IMG/VR virus record: IMGVR_UViG_3300035703_000036
Location: 32,001-96,000 of that record
DNA from: a virus
DNA length: 64,000 nt
Direction: 5' to 3' (one strand)
Shown: positions 1-8,866 of the stretch, in pieces
Layout: every line of letters begins with the position of its first letter
How positions within the stretch are numbered: position 1 is the first letter of the stretch
Translations under genes and position numbers: made by a program
Notes under the pieces: generated by a model
The model's database searches: none
The model's input: only the letters and a program-made list of their open reading frames with translations
Told to the model about the DNA's origin: nothing

Positions 1-132
1 GGTTGAATATGTAGTTATGGATGGATTAGACCTATGCTCTGAGTGTTTCTATTCAGTCGTGTGGCTAACAGATAAAGAGGCCATGTTACAGACAAGCAAA
101 AGAAACGGAATGATTAGAAGTGATAAGGAACA

Positions 133-282
133 ATGATAAAAATAATTAATACAGCTCTTTGTTTTATTTTGGGCCATAAAGATAGGGTGATTATACGTAC
201 TATAATGCCTCTTTTTAAAGGTGAAAAGATAAGATACAGGCACTGTTTATTCTGTGAAAGATGCGAAAGGCTAGAGGATTAA
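133..282 (+). CDS. Small Zn-binding phage protein (DUF1660-like C-x3-GH...CxxC), 49 aa
   Basis: Manual translation MIKIINTALCFILGHK...CLFCERCERLED; AAGGA RBS; abuts next ATG at 283. Confidence 0.65.
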   Translation: MIKIINTALCFILGHKDRVIIRTIMPLFKGEKIRYRHCLFCERCERLED

Positions 283-519
283 ATGGCAAAATTATTGTTA
301 ACTCAAAACAACCTAGATCAATTAGAAAAAATCATGCTAATTCAAGCAGAGGTTGCGGAAAAAGCTCAAAAGGTTTTAGACTCTCCAGTTCCAATTGTTC
401 ACAGTTCAGCTAGTGATTTAAGAGAATCTTTACTCAAACTTGGCGCTGCTTTGGAAAAAGTTTCTCTAGATAAAAAAGAAGAAACTTCAGAATTACAGAC
501 GATGGGAGACTATAAGTAA
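283..519 (+). CDS. Hypothetical protein
   Basis: GAGG RBS, tightly packed with neighbours. Confidence 0.7.
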   Translation: MAKLLLTQNNLDQLEKIMLIQAEVAEKAQKVLDSPVPIVHSSASDLRESLLKLGAALEKVSLDKKEETSELQTMGDYK

Positions 520-521
520 TT

Positions 522-863
522 ATGCCTAAGTTCAAATTTGGAGATAGAGTTATAGTCAATGGAAATAAAGGCCAAGTAGTCTCAGTTTATAAGGATTTTA
601 ACGGAGATTATACTTGTCGCGTTAGATTTGATGACCGCAACTTATTACCGCCAGAAATGGATTATCCAGAAAACCACGTAAAACCTGATCCGGACGATTA
701 TGATTATTTCTTTGGCGGATATTACAAAAAAGCTCCTGCCTATGTAGATACCAATAAATATTGCCCAGTATGTAAAACTGCTTGGGCTGAAACTAAATTT
801 AATAATAAAATTTGGTATGATTGCAATAAATGTAAAAAGAAAAAAGAGGAATTGGTAAAGTGA
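522..863 (+). CDS. SH3/KOW-like N-terminus plus C-terminal Zn ribbon
   Basis: FKFGDRV...G.V motif; CPVC...CNKC. Confidence 0.6.
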   Translation: MPKFKFGDRVIVNGNKGQVVSVYKDFNGDYTCRVRFDDRNLLPPEMDYPENHVKPDPDDYDYFFGGYYKKAPAYVDTNKYCPVCKTAWAETKFNNKIWYDCNKCKKKKEELVK

Positions 864-1207
864 ATAATGAAGATATATTAAAATATCAGACCTCTTGGGA
901 AGAGTTTAGAAAAGCCTGCGAAATAAAGGCTAAAAATAGATGCCATCTAAATACTTCAGCTTGGAAAAGACTCAAGGAATTTCATATTGAGCAATATTTG
1001 CGCGACATGGAAAATCCTTTTGGTTTTCTTTTTGTTCTGAAATTTTATCATAATAGCTTTTTTAGATCTATCCCTAAATCGGCCTGTCTATATTCTTTTT
1101 ATTTAAAGAAAAGACAAGAGGATTATGGTATTATAGTAGATAAAAGCGGTATGTTTTCTAATTATAAGGATAGTTTATATGGTAGAAAAGATTCTAGTGA
1201 TAATTAG
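860..1207 (+). CDS. Hypothetical protein
   Basis: Start overlaps upstream stop; GAGGA RBS. Confidence 0.55.
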   Translation: MNNEDILKYQTSWEEFRKACEIKAKNRCHLNTSAWKRLKEFHIEQYLRDMENPFGFLFVLKFYHNSFFRSIPKSACLYSFYLKKRQEDYGIIVDKSGMFSNYKDSLYGRKDSSDN

Positions 1208-1397
1208 CACTATTTTAGGTATAATAACAGTCGGAATGGTCAGTTTAGCCGCTTTCTTGACTGCGATAAACTTTATAAATGGAGAGAGCATGACACCTTC
1301 AGACAAATTGGGTCTTTTTATTATTTTTAGTTTCTTAATACTTCCCTTGATGATTATGGGGGTTATGGAAATTAAAATCAGGAGAGATCGTGATTAA
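1179..1397 (+). CDS. Small two-TM membrane protein
   Basis: Two hydrophobic stretches; AAGGA RBS. Confidence 0.65.
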   Translation: MVEKILVIISTILGIITVGMVSLAAFLTAINFINGESMTPSDKLGLFIIFSFLILPLMIMGVMEIKIRRDRD

Positions 1398-1800
1398 ATA
1401 CAAGCGACAGCATGACAACTATTCATGTGGCGCTGTGGCTATAGAGAATTATTATCGCTATTTAGGTAAAAAATCGCCCAAGAATATCAAGAAAAAAATT
1501 AAGTGCAAGCCTAGATTGGGCAGTTATAGCGATGATATTGCCAAATTCTTTAAAAAAAGAGCTAAATATTTATCTAAATTTAGTGAAGTAACTTTTTTTA
1601 TTGATAAAGGCCCCTGCATAATAGCTTATGGAGGGCATTTTGTATTTTGTCCGTATTCAACTAAAAAATACTTTTATGCAGCAAACGACTGGAATGAAAG
1701 ACTTGGAACTTATGTGTGTTTCAAAAAAAATCCAAAATATATACTCAAAAAATTCCTAAAAGAAGAAGATATAGAGATTATTTGCTTAAATAAAAAATAA
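1390..1800 (+). CDS. Papain-like cysteine peptidase (C39-like)
   Basis: RQHDNYSCG (Q...C) and GHF catalytic His pattern. Confidence 0.7.
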   Translation: MIKYKRQHDNYSCGAVAIENYYRYLGKKSPKNIKKKIKCKPRLGSYSDDIAKFFKKRAKYLSKFSEVTFFIDKGPCIIAYGGHFVFCPYSTKKYFYAANDWNERLGTYVCFKKNPKYILKKFLKEEDIEIICLNKK

Positions 1801-1810
1801 AGGGGTAAAA

Positions 1811-1975
1811 ATGTTAAACATGTTAATATTAATCGGAATCGCCACATTAGGACTTTTAGTTAGTTTGACTGGCGTTATCTATATGGCTAATCAGCAAAAG
1901 CAAGGTTCTATTATGGTGTCTATTGGGATAGTTATAATGCTAACATGCGTTTTTTTAAAAAGGATTTTGCTGTGA
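1811..1975 (+). CDS. Small two-TM membrane protein, 54 aa
   Basis: Manual translation MLNMLILIGIATLGLLV...KRILL; AGGGG RBS. Confidence 0.55.
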   Translation: MLNMLILIGIATLGLLVSLTGVIYMANQQKQGSIMVSIGIVIMLTCVFLKRILL

Positions 1976-2172
1976 ATTACAAAGAATATAGAGAAAAGAA
2001 TCCTATGTATTCTTATCCATTATCAGAAAAAGATGGTCAAGATATCTGGAAAGCGGCAAAAAAAGATCTTGTAGATAGAATACAGCACTTAACCGCCCTT
2101 GGGGTTTCTTGCTCTTCGGATATGTTAGAGATGATTGTAGAGGAAATGAATGAAAATTTGGAAAAAAATTAA
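1972..2172 (+). CDS. Hypothetical protein (start moved to GTG 1972)
   Basis: GTGA overlap with upstream stop; AAGGA upstream. Confidence 0.55.
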   Translation: MNYKEYREKNPMYSYPLSEKDGQDIWKAAKKDLVDRIQHLTALGVSCSSDMLEMIVEEMNENLEKN

Positions 2173-2656
2173 CGATCCAAAATTTACATGCGGACTATTG
2201 GTAGGATCTGTTTTGGTTTTATTTATACTTAGTGCTATAATTGAAAAAAAGATGATACCTAAAGGATACTTAAAAAAGAAAAGTTTCTTAATGGATGGAA
2301 AGTACTATGAGGCTATAGAAATCGGAGAATGTCAAGGTAGAATCAAAGAGGCAATTAAACAGGAGGAAGAAATGTTTGTTAGAAAAAGCACTTACGAAGA
2401 TTCGCAGAGAGAAGTAAGAAGATTGCAGGAAGAAAATGATTGGCTGAAAAACCATGTAGAAAGATTAATCGAGGAAAAAGAAGGCCTTGAAAAAAGTTTA
2501 AATGAAGTAAGAGAATTAGACATGGATTTTCTAGATGCTATTACAAGAACTAAAGAAGGCAGAGCTGTCTTAAGAAAAAAATTAATAGAAAGAGGAATTA
2601 TTAAAAAGGCCGGAAAAAGTGCCTCTAGCAAAAAATTAAAGAAGAAGGCGTCATAA
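2150..2656 (+). CDS. Membrane-anchored coiled-coil protein; possible internal start at 2372
   Basis: N-terminal TM, C-terminal heptads; GGAGG ahead of an in-frame ATG at 2372. Confidence 0.6.
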   Translation: MKIWKKINDPKFTCGLLVGSVLVLFILSAIIEKKMIPKGYLKKKSFLMDGKYYEAIEIGECQGRIKEAIKQEEEMFVRKSTYEDSQREVRRLQEENDWLKNHVERLIEEKEGLEKSLNEVRELDMDFLDAITRTKEGRAVLRKKLIERGIIKKAGKSASSKKLKKKAS

Positions 2657-2661
2657 TATCT

Positions 2662-2838
2662 ATGAGCATGTCAAAAACTTATATAAGACTTAGGTTATAT
2701 GGAATGGCTTTTTTATTTACTATAGGTCTTTCAATGTGTTTTTTGGGTTTTGTTTCGTTACTTGTCTTAGTTTTGGTAAAGCTAGAAAGGTTAATTGAAA
2801 AGTTACTTATGATGTGCGCTGGAGCGAAAGATAGATAA
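2662..2838 (+). CDS. Small membrane protein, 58 aa
   Basis: Manual translation MSMSKTYIRLRLYGMAFLFTIG...; fills the gap between genes. Confidence 0.45.
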   Translation: MSMSKTYIRLRLYGMAFLFTIGLSMCFLGFVSLLVLVLVKLERLIEKLLMMCAGAKDR

Positions 2839-2870
2839 TTGTGTTATTATATAATAAAGGAGTTTTATTT

Positions 2871-3173
2871 ATGAGACTTTTAATTGTTGCCATTTTAACA
2901 ATTGCTGTATGCGAAGCTAAAACTGTTGTAGTAAAAGCTAGTAAAATGAAATTTAATCCTTCCGTTGTAAAGATTAGTCAAGGTGATACGGTTGAATTTG
3001 TAAATGAAGATAATATGATCCACAATGTCGTCGGATCTAAAAAAGAATTTAGAAGCCCTTTTTTAAAGAAAGGGGATAAATTTTCTCATAAATTTGAAAG
3101 TAAAGGCGTAGTGGAATACCACTGTGAGCCCCACAAGGCTATGGGAATGAAAGGAAAGGTTGAAATAGAATAA
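2871..3173 (+). CDS. Exported cupredoxin (plastocyanin/amicyanin-like blue copper protein)
   Basis: Signal peptide; F.P..V.I..GDTV.F.N; HNV and C-x2-H-x4-M type-1 Cu ligands; AAGGAG RBS. Confidence 0.9.
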   Translation: MRLLIVAILTIAVCEAKTVVVKASKMKFNPSVVKISQGDTVEFVNEDNMIHNVVGSKKEFRSPFLKKGDKFSHKFESKGVVEYHCEPHKAMGMKGKVEIE

Positions 3174-3583
3174 TGAATAAAATGCCCGCAGGCCCTTCAG
3201 CTTATTGCGACATAGACGACACTCTAGTGTCTTGGCAGAAGCCTTCTAAGGCTACCGAGAAAGATTCGGTAATTGTCAGATGTCGAGGTTTTGAAGAAAA
3301 AGTTTATATCAATAAACATAATTTAAACTTTATCAAAAAACTAGCAAATAGAGGTCATTGCGTGGTACTCTGGTCGGCAGGTGGGGTCTGCTGGGCTGAA
3401 GCTGTTGCAAAAGCTTTAAAAATAGAAAAATACGTATGGGCAGTAATGTCTAAGCCGACTTATTATGTTGATGACGCTCCGGATTCAAAAAATTGGATCG
3501 GAAAGCACAGATTTATTGATTTTGACGGAAATATGTGCTATGATCATGGGGGAATGGTAAGTTACAACAAAACGGAGGAATAA
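3173..3583 (+). CDS. HAD-family phosphatase-like protein
   Basis: DIDDTL motif I, WSAGG motif II, K...YVDD motifs III/IV. Confidence 0.75.
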   Translation: MNKMPAGPSAYCDIDDTLVSWQKPSKATEKDSVIVRCRGFEEKVYINKHNLNFIKKLANRGHCVVLWSAGGVCWAEAVAKALKIEKYVWAVMSKPTYYVDDAPDSKNWIGKHRFIDFDGNMCYDHGGMVSYNKTEE

Positions 3584-4257
3584 TGAAAAAAATTGTAATT
3601 GGAATTACAGGAGTTAAAACATCTGGCAAATCAACTGTAGCCAATATTTTAAAAAGAACATTGTCAGGAGCAAAAGAATCTGCTTTGGCTGATAAACTAA
3701 AAGACGTAAGTTCTAGAGTTTTTCTTGTTCCTCGTAATTATTTTGATGATCAAGAACTAAAAGAATCAAAACTAGAAGAGCCAAGAATTTTAACAATGAC
3801 AGATATTGAACAAATCATAGATTCTTTCAATAGCCTGAATAAAGTTACGCCAGAAATCAGAGAAAAGTTACATGAAATTTGCGGCATGGAATTGGATACG
3901 CCTAGAAAAATAGCTCAAATTGTAGGAACTGAAGTCCTTAGACTATTAGGAGAAGATATTCACTGTCGTAACGTTGAACTTCACGAAGGTATCACGATTG
4001 TCAGCGACATTAGATTTCCAAATGAGTTTAATTTTTTTAGAAATAATGAAGATCTAGAATTTATCCCTCTTTACATCTCAAGAAAAGAAGCAGAAAGCAA
4101 AGTTAGCTCTGGCTCACACTCTTCGGAAACTTCTGTATTCCTGTTTAAAGATGAGTGCAATAAGATTGACAATGACGGAAGCTTAACTAACACACAAGCT
4201 CAAGTTTTATCGTTGTTAACTAATGAATTAACAAAATTAAACAAAGTAATTTTTTAG
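3583..4257 (+). CDS. Deoxynucleoside monophosphate kinase
   Basis: GITGVKTSGKS P-loop, ALAD.LK, TPR...Q..GTE..R, SDIRFPNE, H.SE. Confidence 0.85.
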   Translation: MKKIVIGITGVKTSGKSTVANILKRTLSGAKESALADKLKDVSSRVFLVPRNYFDDQELKESKLEEPRILTMTDIEQIIDSFNSLNKVTPEIREKLHEICGMELDTPRKIAQIVGTEVLRLLGEDIHCRNVELHEGITIVSDIRFPNEFNFFRNNEDLEFIPLYISRKEAESKVSSGSHSSETSVFLFKDECNKIDNDGSLTNTQAQVLSLLTNELTKLNKVIF

Positions 4258-4269
4258 GAGAGTGAAAAA

Positions 4270-4656
4270 ATGGATAATAAAGAATATCTAGAAAAGTCAG
4301 CTCGTACTGTTAGTGATAATTACAGTGAAATTTCAACCAGAATGGTATCAGAAAATAAAGTCATAGATTTACAGCATGCCGCTATGGGAATGATAACTGA
4401 ATCCGCTGAATTTATGGACGCCCTTAAAAAGAGCATATTTTATGGTAAGAAGTTAGATACAGTAAATCTTAAAGAAGAAGTAGGAGATTTGTTGTGGTAT
4501 GCCGCTTTAGCTTTAAGAGCTTTGGATGTTGATTTTGATTCTGTTATGGATAGGAATATTGAAAAACTAAAGGCCAGATATCCTCAAAAATTTACAGAAG
4601 AAAAAGCAATTGTTAGGGATTTAGAAGTTGAAAGAAAAATTTTGGAGAAAGAATAA
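4270..4656 (+). CDS. MazG-like nucleotide pyrophosphohydrolase
   Basis: E..E..D..KK...EEVGDLLWY...N..KL..RYP. Confidence 0.88.
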   Translation: MDNKEYLEKSARTVSDNYSEISTRMVSENKVIDLQHAAMGMITESAEFMDALKKSIFYGKKLDTVNLKEEVGDLLWYAALALRALDVDFDSVMDRNIEKLKARYPQKFTEEKAIVRDLEVERKILEKE

Positions 4657-4904
4657 TGACTATAGTGTTATTTCAAAAATGTTTTGATGGGCTTTTCGAT
4701 TATCTAGAAATTGGACTGACATTACCTTCAATTAAACTCGGAGCTTTAGAGCGCAATGATGTAGGAGTCATTTCTGAGAAAAAATTTGGAATTATTGCGC
4801 CCACTAATATTTATGTTTTAAAAGATTCTGATTGCGATATTTTACTGATGGAATTAAGACTCTTAGGTCTTGGCCTTTATTATAAAAGACAAAAAGGTTA
4901 TTAA
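4656..4904 (+). CDS. Hypothetical protein
   Basis: TAATG overlap with upstream gene. Confidence 0.5.
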   Translation: MTIVLFQKCFDGLFDYLEIGLTLPSIKLGALERNDVGVISEKKFGIIAPTNIYVLKDSDCDILLMELRLLGLGLYYKRQKGY

Positions 4905-4906
4905 TA

Positions 4907-4916
4907 GCAATCTTTA
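4907..4916 (+). promoter_or_regulatory. GCAATCTTTA motif (candidate late promoter)
   Basis: Intergenic, 20 nt ahead of a structural-type gene; recurs before other structural operons. Confidence 0.6.
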
Positions 4917-4936
4917 AGGTAACTAATTGGAATTAT

Positions 4937-6316
4937 ATGGCTTTAACTCAAGACGAAAGAATCGCTTTATCTAAAAAAATTATCGACATTCCTAGGGAAA
5001 ATGCTCAGGCCGATTTGATTAAAGATCAAATTAACGAAGGACTGATTAAAGCCCAGAATCAAGATAGTGCTAATAAATCGTTGCAAGACGATAAGACTTC
5101 CCTTATTAATGGATATCAATTAGAAATTACTAGGTATGATGGAAATACTAGAACAACAGTTCTTGAGCAAGATATCATTGACTCGGCAAATAAAATTAAA
5201 CAAAACGCTTTTTTCCCTAATGATTTATCCATTCCTTTGCCATCCGTAGCTGATGGGGTTTGGAAAAATTTCATTCCTTTTAGTAGAGGTAAGGCAATAG
5301 GTAAAAATTATTTAGAAGTCTATCCTTCAGTGATTCAGAAAGAGCAAGATCTTATTAATATTATAAATGGCTACATTTCTACTATGGAAACCTATTCTGG
5401 AATCGGAAGAAGTACAGGGCAAAAATGCACCACAACTAGCGGCTCCTGCTCCTTGCCGATTTACACTACTCAGCCTACTTGTGTTGCTGGCGGAGGGATT
5501 TGGACAGCGGGTTCAGACGTTATTGCTGCCGATCCATTAATTCAAGCTACGGCTACTTCTTTGGTTACAGCTATAAATGACTGGAAAACTTTTATTCAAG
5601 CAACCGACGCCGTTATTATCACGACAGATCCTAATTCTACAAGGCAAAATCAAAACAATATTTCAAAAAACAATATTTCAAGTACGGTTGTAGTTATTAA
5701 TAATTGGTCAGCTTTGCCTAATTTTGATACTTCTCATGGACAGACAACTTGTGTTGGATTTAACTCCTATGACCCAAATTTATTGGCAGCTACAAAATTC
5801 AGATCTGCCGAATTGCAACTAATCAAAAATCAGATAACAAATAGAGCGAATTTTATTGTCACAAGAATTTCGGAAATAAATGTTAATTTAGGATCAATTA
5901 ATCAAGATATGTCTAATGGGTCATTAATATCTGCTTCTGGATTGTACGGAGATAGGCTAAGAATAATTGATTTAAGACTTAATTTAATGTCCGGATCTTT
6001 AAATAAAGTCTATGCGATACAAAGAGGTCAAGGCGCTCAAGATGAGTTAAAATCTTCAAATGCAAATGCTCTTCTTGTATATTCTTCTGTAATGGTGGCT
6101 TCTGCTTTTAAAGCCCCATCAATAGGATCTGATAAAATTCATCTTGAAAGTATTACAGGACTTAACGTAGGAGATTCGGTCTATGTAGTTGCTGAAGATC
6201 AGCAGGAAATTTCCGCTGATATTTTGGCTATTTCTGGACTAATGGTAACTCTAAATAAGGTTATACCTCAAAAATACACCAGATCAAATAGATCCAGACT
6301 ATACAAAATAGTCTAA
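4937..6316 (+). CDS. Putative virion structural protein
   Basis: S/T/N-rich composition like the tail genes; preceded by GCAATCTTTA. Confidence 0.55.
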   Translation: MALTQDERIALSKKIIDIPRENAQADLIKDQINEGLIKAQNQDSANKSLQDDKTSLINGYQLEITRYDGNTRTTVLEQDIIDSANKIKQNAFFPNDLSIPLPSVADGVWKNFIPFSRGKAIGKNYLEVYPSVIQKEQDLINIINGYISTMETYSGIGRSTGQKCTTTSGSCSLPIYTTQPTCVAGGGIWTAGSDVIAADPLIQATATSLVTAINDWKTFIQATDAVIITTDPNSTRQNQNNISKNNISSTVVVINNWSALPNFDTSHGQTTCVGFNSYDPNLLAATKFRSAELQLIKNQITNRANFIVTRISEINVNLGSINQDMSNGSLISASGLYGDRLRIIDLRLNLMSGSLNKVYAIQRGQGAQDELKSSNANALLVYSSVMVASAFKAPSIGSDKIHLESITGLNVGDSVYVVAEDQQEISADILAISGLMVTLNKVIPQKYTRSNRSRLYKIV

Positions 6317-6621
6317 TCCTGATTTAAATCTTCGCCCATGTACTTTAAATTTTCGTATTTTTGATAAACTTTATTTTTTATTTTTGCGTATTCTTTTTCA
6401 TAATAATACTGATCTATTTTTCCGCCACTTTTTAGCTCAGCATCTAGTTTCAAATACAGAAAAGCGCACTCTTTTTCATAAACATCTTTTAAATAATTTT
6501 CTACAACTAAAAGAAGTTTATCTTCGGATAGCTCACTATATCCGTTGTGCTTTTTAAATCTTTCGTAAAATAAATCTACGTAAAGTTTAAAGTCAATTGG
6601 ACGGAAATCGTTTTTCGACAT
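6313..6621 (-). CDS. Hypothetical protein
   Basis: Last gene of antisense island. Confidence 0.55.
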   Translation of the reverse strand: MSKNDFRPIDFKLYVDLFYERFKKHNGYSELSEDKLLLVVENYLKDVYEKECAFLYLKLDAELKSGGKIDQYYYEKEYAKIKNKVYQKYENLKYMGEDLNQD

Positions 6622-7171
6622 AATTTTTCTCTAAAGCAGCATCAAAAAGTTCATCCAGATAATACTGGTAATGTTCATTTAAACAGTAATCACTAATTTG
6701 AATCGGGTGCATTAAAGAAGAAGGGCAGTAATCCGGTAACATTCCTCTAACTTTAATTAAGCCTAGTTTCATTAAAAAAGCCTCAATTTCTCCCCATAAA
6801 TCACCTCTTTGTTCGGCGGTATGAGGTCTATTTAAGATACAATGACCAAGCTCATGAAACATCAAAGATACTCTTTGTTCGCTAGATTGATTTTTTTCCC
6901 ACCAATCTTTATTGATATGAATTTCCTTGATCCAAGGGTAGCATGTTCCTATTACATTTTGTTCGTCATTAAAAGATCTAAAACCAATTGTTAAATTTTT
7001 TAGATGAGCCGGCTTAATCCTACCTCTTGACACAAAAACAAATTCTTTTACATAGCTAGAAGCTTCTTCGTCGATTTTGTCATATCTTTTTTTAAATACA
7101 ATTTTATTTGAACAAGAAGTGCTAAATAACATCAATATCATGAAAATAATAATTTTAATTCTATTTACCAC
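6593..7171 (-). CDS. Lipoprotein zinc metallopeptidase (metzincin-like)
   Basis: Lipobox-like STSC; HELGHCILNRPH and Met-turn SLMHP. Confidence 0.8.
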   Translation of the reverse strand: MVNRIKIIIFMILMLFSTSCSNKIVFKKRYDKIDEEASSYVKEFVFVSRGRIKPAHLKNLTIGFRSFNDEQNVIGTCYPWIKEIHINKDWWEKNQSSEQRVSLMFHELGHCILNRPHTAEQRGDLWGEIEAFLMKLGLIKVRGMLPDYCPSSLMHPIQISDYCLNEHYQYYLDELFDAALEKNYVEKRFPSN

Positions 7172-7316
7172 ATCTTTTCCTTACTTTTCTGCAATTTTGA
7201 CAAGTGTTAGATCTACTTCCGTGTTTGTTATACCAAGTATGTCCAAAAAGATGACACTGACTCTTTTTAAGAGCCACAAAACATATTATTAAACCTAATA
7301 TTTTTGTTAATGTCAT
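7161..7316 (-). CDS. Small Zn-binding protein (DUF1660-like), 51 aa
   Basis: Manual translation ...CHLFGHTW...CQNC; ATGA overlap with phoH stop. Confidence 0.65.
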   Translation of the reverse strand: MTLTKILGLIICFVALKKSQCHLFGHTWYNKHGSRSNTCQNCRKVRKRCGK

Positions 7317-8503
7317 AAAATCTTTGTTGCAATATCAGCCAATTCTGATCGCTCCCCTTTTGTCAAAGTAATGTGAGCCGCTATTTTTTGATCTTTAAAT
7401 TTCTCAATCACGTAACTTAAGCCATTATTTGTAGCGTCCAATCTAGGATTGTCAATCTGATCAGGATCTCCAGTTAAAATTATTTTCGTTCCTTCACCAA
7501 CTCTTGATATAATTGTCTTAACTTCGTGTTTTGTTAAATTTTGAGCTTCATCTATGATTATATATTGTTGAGGAATACTTCTTCCTCTGATATAAGTCAA
7601 AGCTTCAATCTTCATTAGTCCATCATTTTCTAGATCTTTGTAAGCATCGGCTGTGCTAACTTTTTTATCGGTGTCAAACAAAAGTTCAAGATTATCAAAG
7701 ATAGGCTGCATCCAAGGGCCCATTTTTTCATTTATATCGCCAGGCAAATATCCAATATCATTTCCCATTGGAACCACAGGTCTAGATACTAAAAGTTTTC
7801 TATACTTATTTTCCGATATAGTTTTTTCAAGACCTGCCGCTATTGCTAGTAAAGTTTTCCCAGTTCCTGCTTTTCCGCTAAGGGTAACAAGCTTAATATT
7901 ATCATCCATTAAGGCATCGATAGCACATCTTTGCTCTAAATTTTTATGCTTTATTCCCCATATTGATCTGTCTTTGCCTAGAGATTTATAAATCTCTCCA
8001 GTCCATCTTTCGAGTTTTCCACCACTTACAATGTATTGGTTAGGAAATTCAGCATTTAGTGTTGCTGCGGTTTCTAAATCAAAAAACTCCGGTTCTTTTA
8101 CAATTCCCGTATATTGCTCTTGCTCTTTGGCCAAGAATATATCGTTATGAGTTTCTGTTACAACTTCCATACAAGTAGCCATAATTTGCATAAGAATATC
8201 GTTGGTTAATAATGTAACCTCTTGAGATCCCGATATTTCTTGGGCTAAATTAATAATTTTTTGATCATTATTTTCGCCTTCTCTAGGCTTACCAAGTGAA
8301 ATTTTTCCTGTTTTTTCTTTTATTTTGCAATCTAATTGTCTTACAAATTCTCTAACATTTCTAGCTTTTTCGTCCGTGCCTACTTTAAATTTATCCAATT
8401 CCATTAAAACTTCGTAAGGTATAACGATCTCATCTCCAATTTTATTTAAAACATAAGGATCTGAAATTATTACATTTGTATCAAGCACATAAGCTTTTTT
8501 CAA
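7313..8503 (-). CDS. phoH: PIN-PhoH (PhoH2-type) ATPase
   Basis: VLDTNV PIN domain; GKAGTGKT, GYLPG, RGRS, IIDEAQN, GD..QID. Confidence 0.95.
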   Translation of the reverse strand: MKKAYVLDTNVIISDPYVLNKIGDEIVIPYEVLMELDKFKVGTDEKARNVREFVRQLDCKIKEKTGKISLGKPREGENNDQKIINLAQEISGSQEVTLLTNDILMQIMATCMEVVTETHNDIFLAKEQEQYTGIVKEPEFFDLETAATLNAEFPNQYIVSGGKLERWTGEIYKSLGKDRSIWGIKHKNLEQRCAIDALMDDNIKLVTLSGKAGTGKTLLAIAAGLEKTISENKYRKLLVSRPVVPMGNDIGYLPGDINEKMGPWMQPIFDNLELLFDTDKKVSTADAYKDLENDGLMKIEALTYIRGRSIPQQYIIIDEAQNLTKHEVKTIISRVGEGTKIILTGDPDQIDNPRLDATNNGLSYVIEKFKDQKIAAHITLTKGERSELADIATKIL

Positions 8504-8637
8504 TTTTTTTCCCCTTTTAAGAGTTTTAGTTTAGGTCTAGGACGGTACAAGATTAATGATTTAGTAATAGAAAATAAGATTAAATTAAGGGCAAAAATGT
8601 TTGGTAAAATAATTAAAATTACAATAAAATCAATCAT
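8500..8637 (-). CDS. Small membrane protein, 45 aa
   Basis: Manual translation MIDFIVILIILPNIFALNLILF...; overlaps both neighbours. Confidence 0.45.
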   Translation of the reverse strand: MIDFIVILIILPNIFALNLILFSITKSLILYRPRPKLKLLKGEKN

Positions 8638-8776
8638 TTAGATCCTTAACGAGTTCCTTTTTTAATTTTTTTCTGTCGTATTCTTTATCTGATTTTATTG
8701 TTTTATTAGGAGGCATCTTAACGCCTCTCGTCTTTATTTTAGGTAATTTAATTTTTATGCTCTTAAATTTTCCCAT
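8630..8776 (-). CDS. Small highly basic protein, 48 aa
   Basis: MGKFKSIKIKLPKIKTRGVKMPPNKTIKSDKEYDRKKLKKELVKDLND; AGGAG RBS. Confidence 0.65.
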   Translation of the reverse strand: MGKFKSIKIKLPKIKTRGVKMPPNKTIKSDKEYDRKKLKKELVKDLND

Positions 8777-8788
8777 ATACTCCTAAAA

Positions 8789-8828
8789 TAAAGATTGCGA
8801 GTCACAATCTTTACATTGATATCAATAT
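8789..8828. promoter_or_regulatory. Divergent pair of CAATCTTTA motifs (near-palindrome) plus GATATCAATAT element
   Basis: TAAAGATTG-cgagtca-CAATCTTTA between divergently transcribed genes. Confidence 0.65.
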
Positions 8829-8866
8829 ATTACCACTCTTATCACTTAAATCAATCGGAAATTTTA

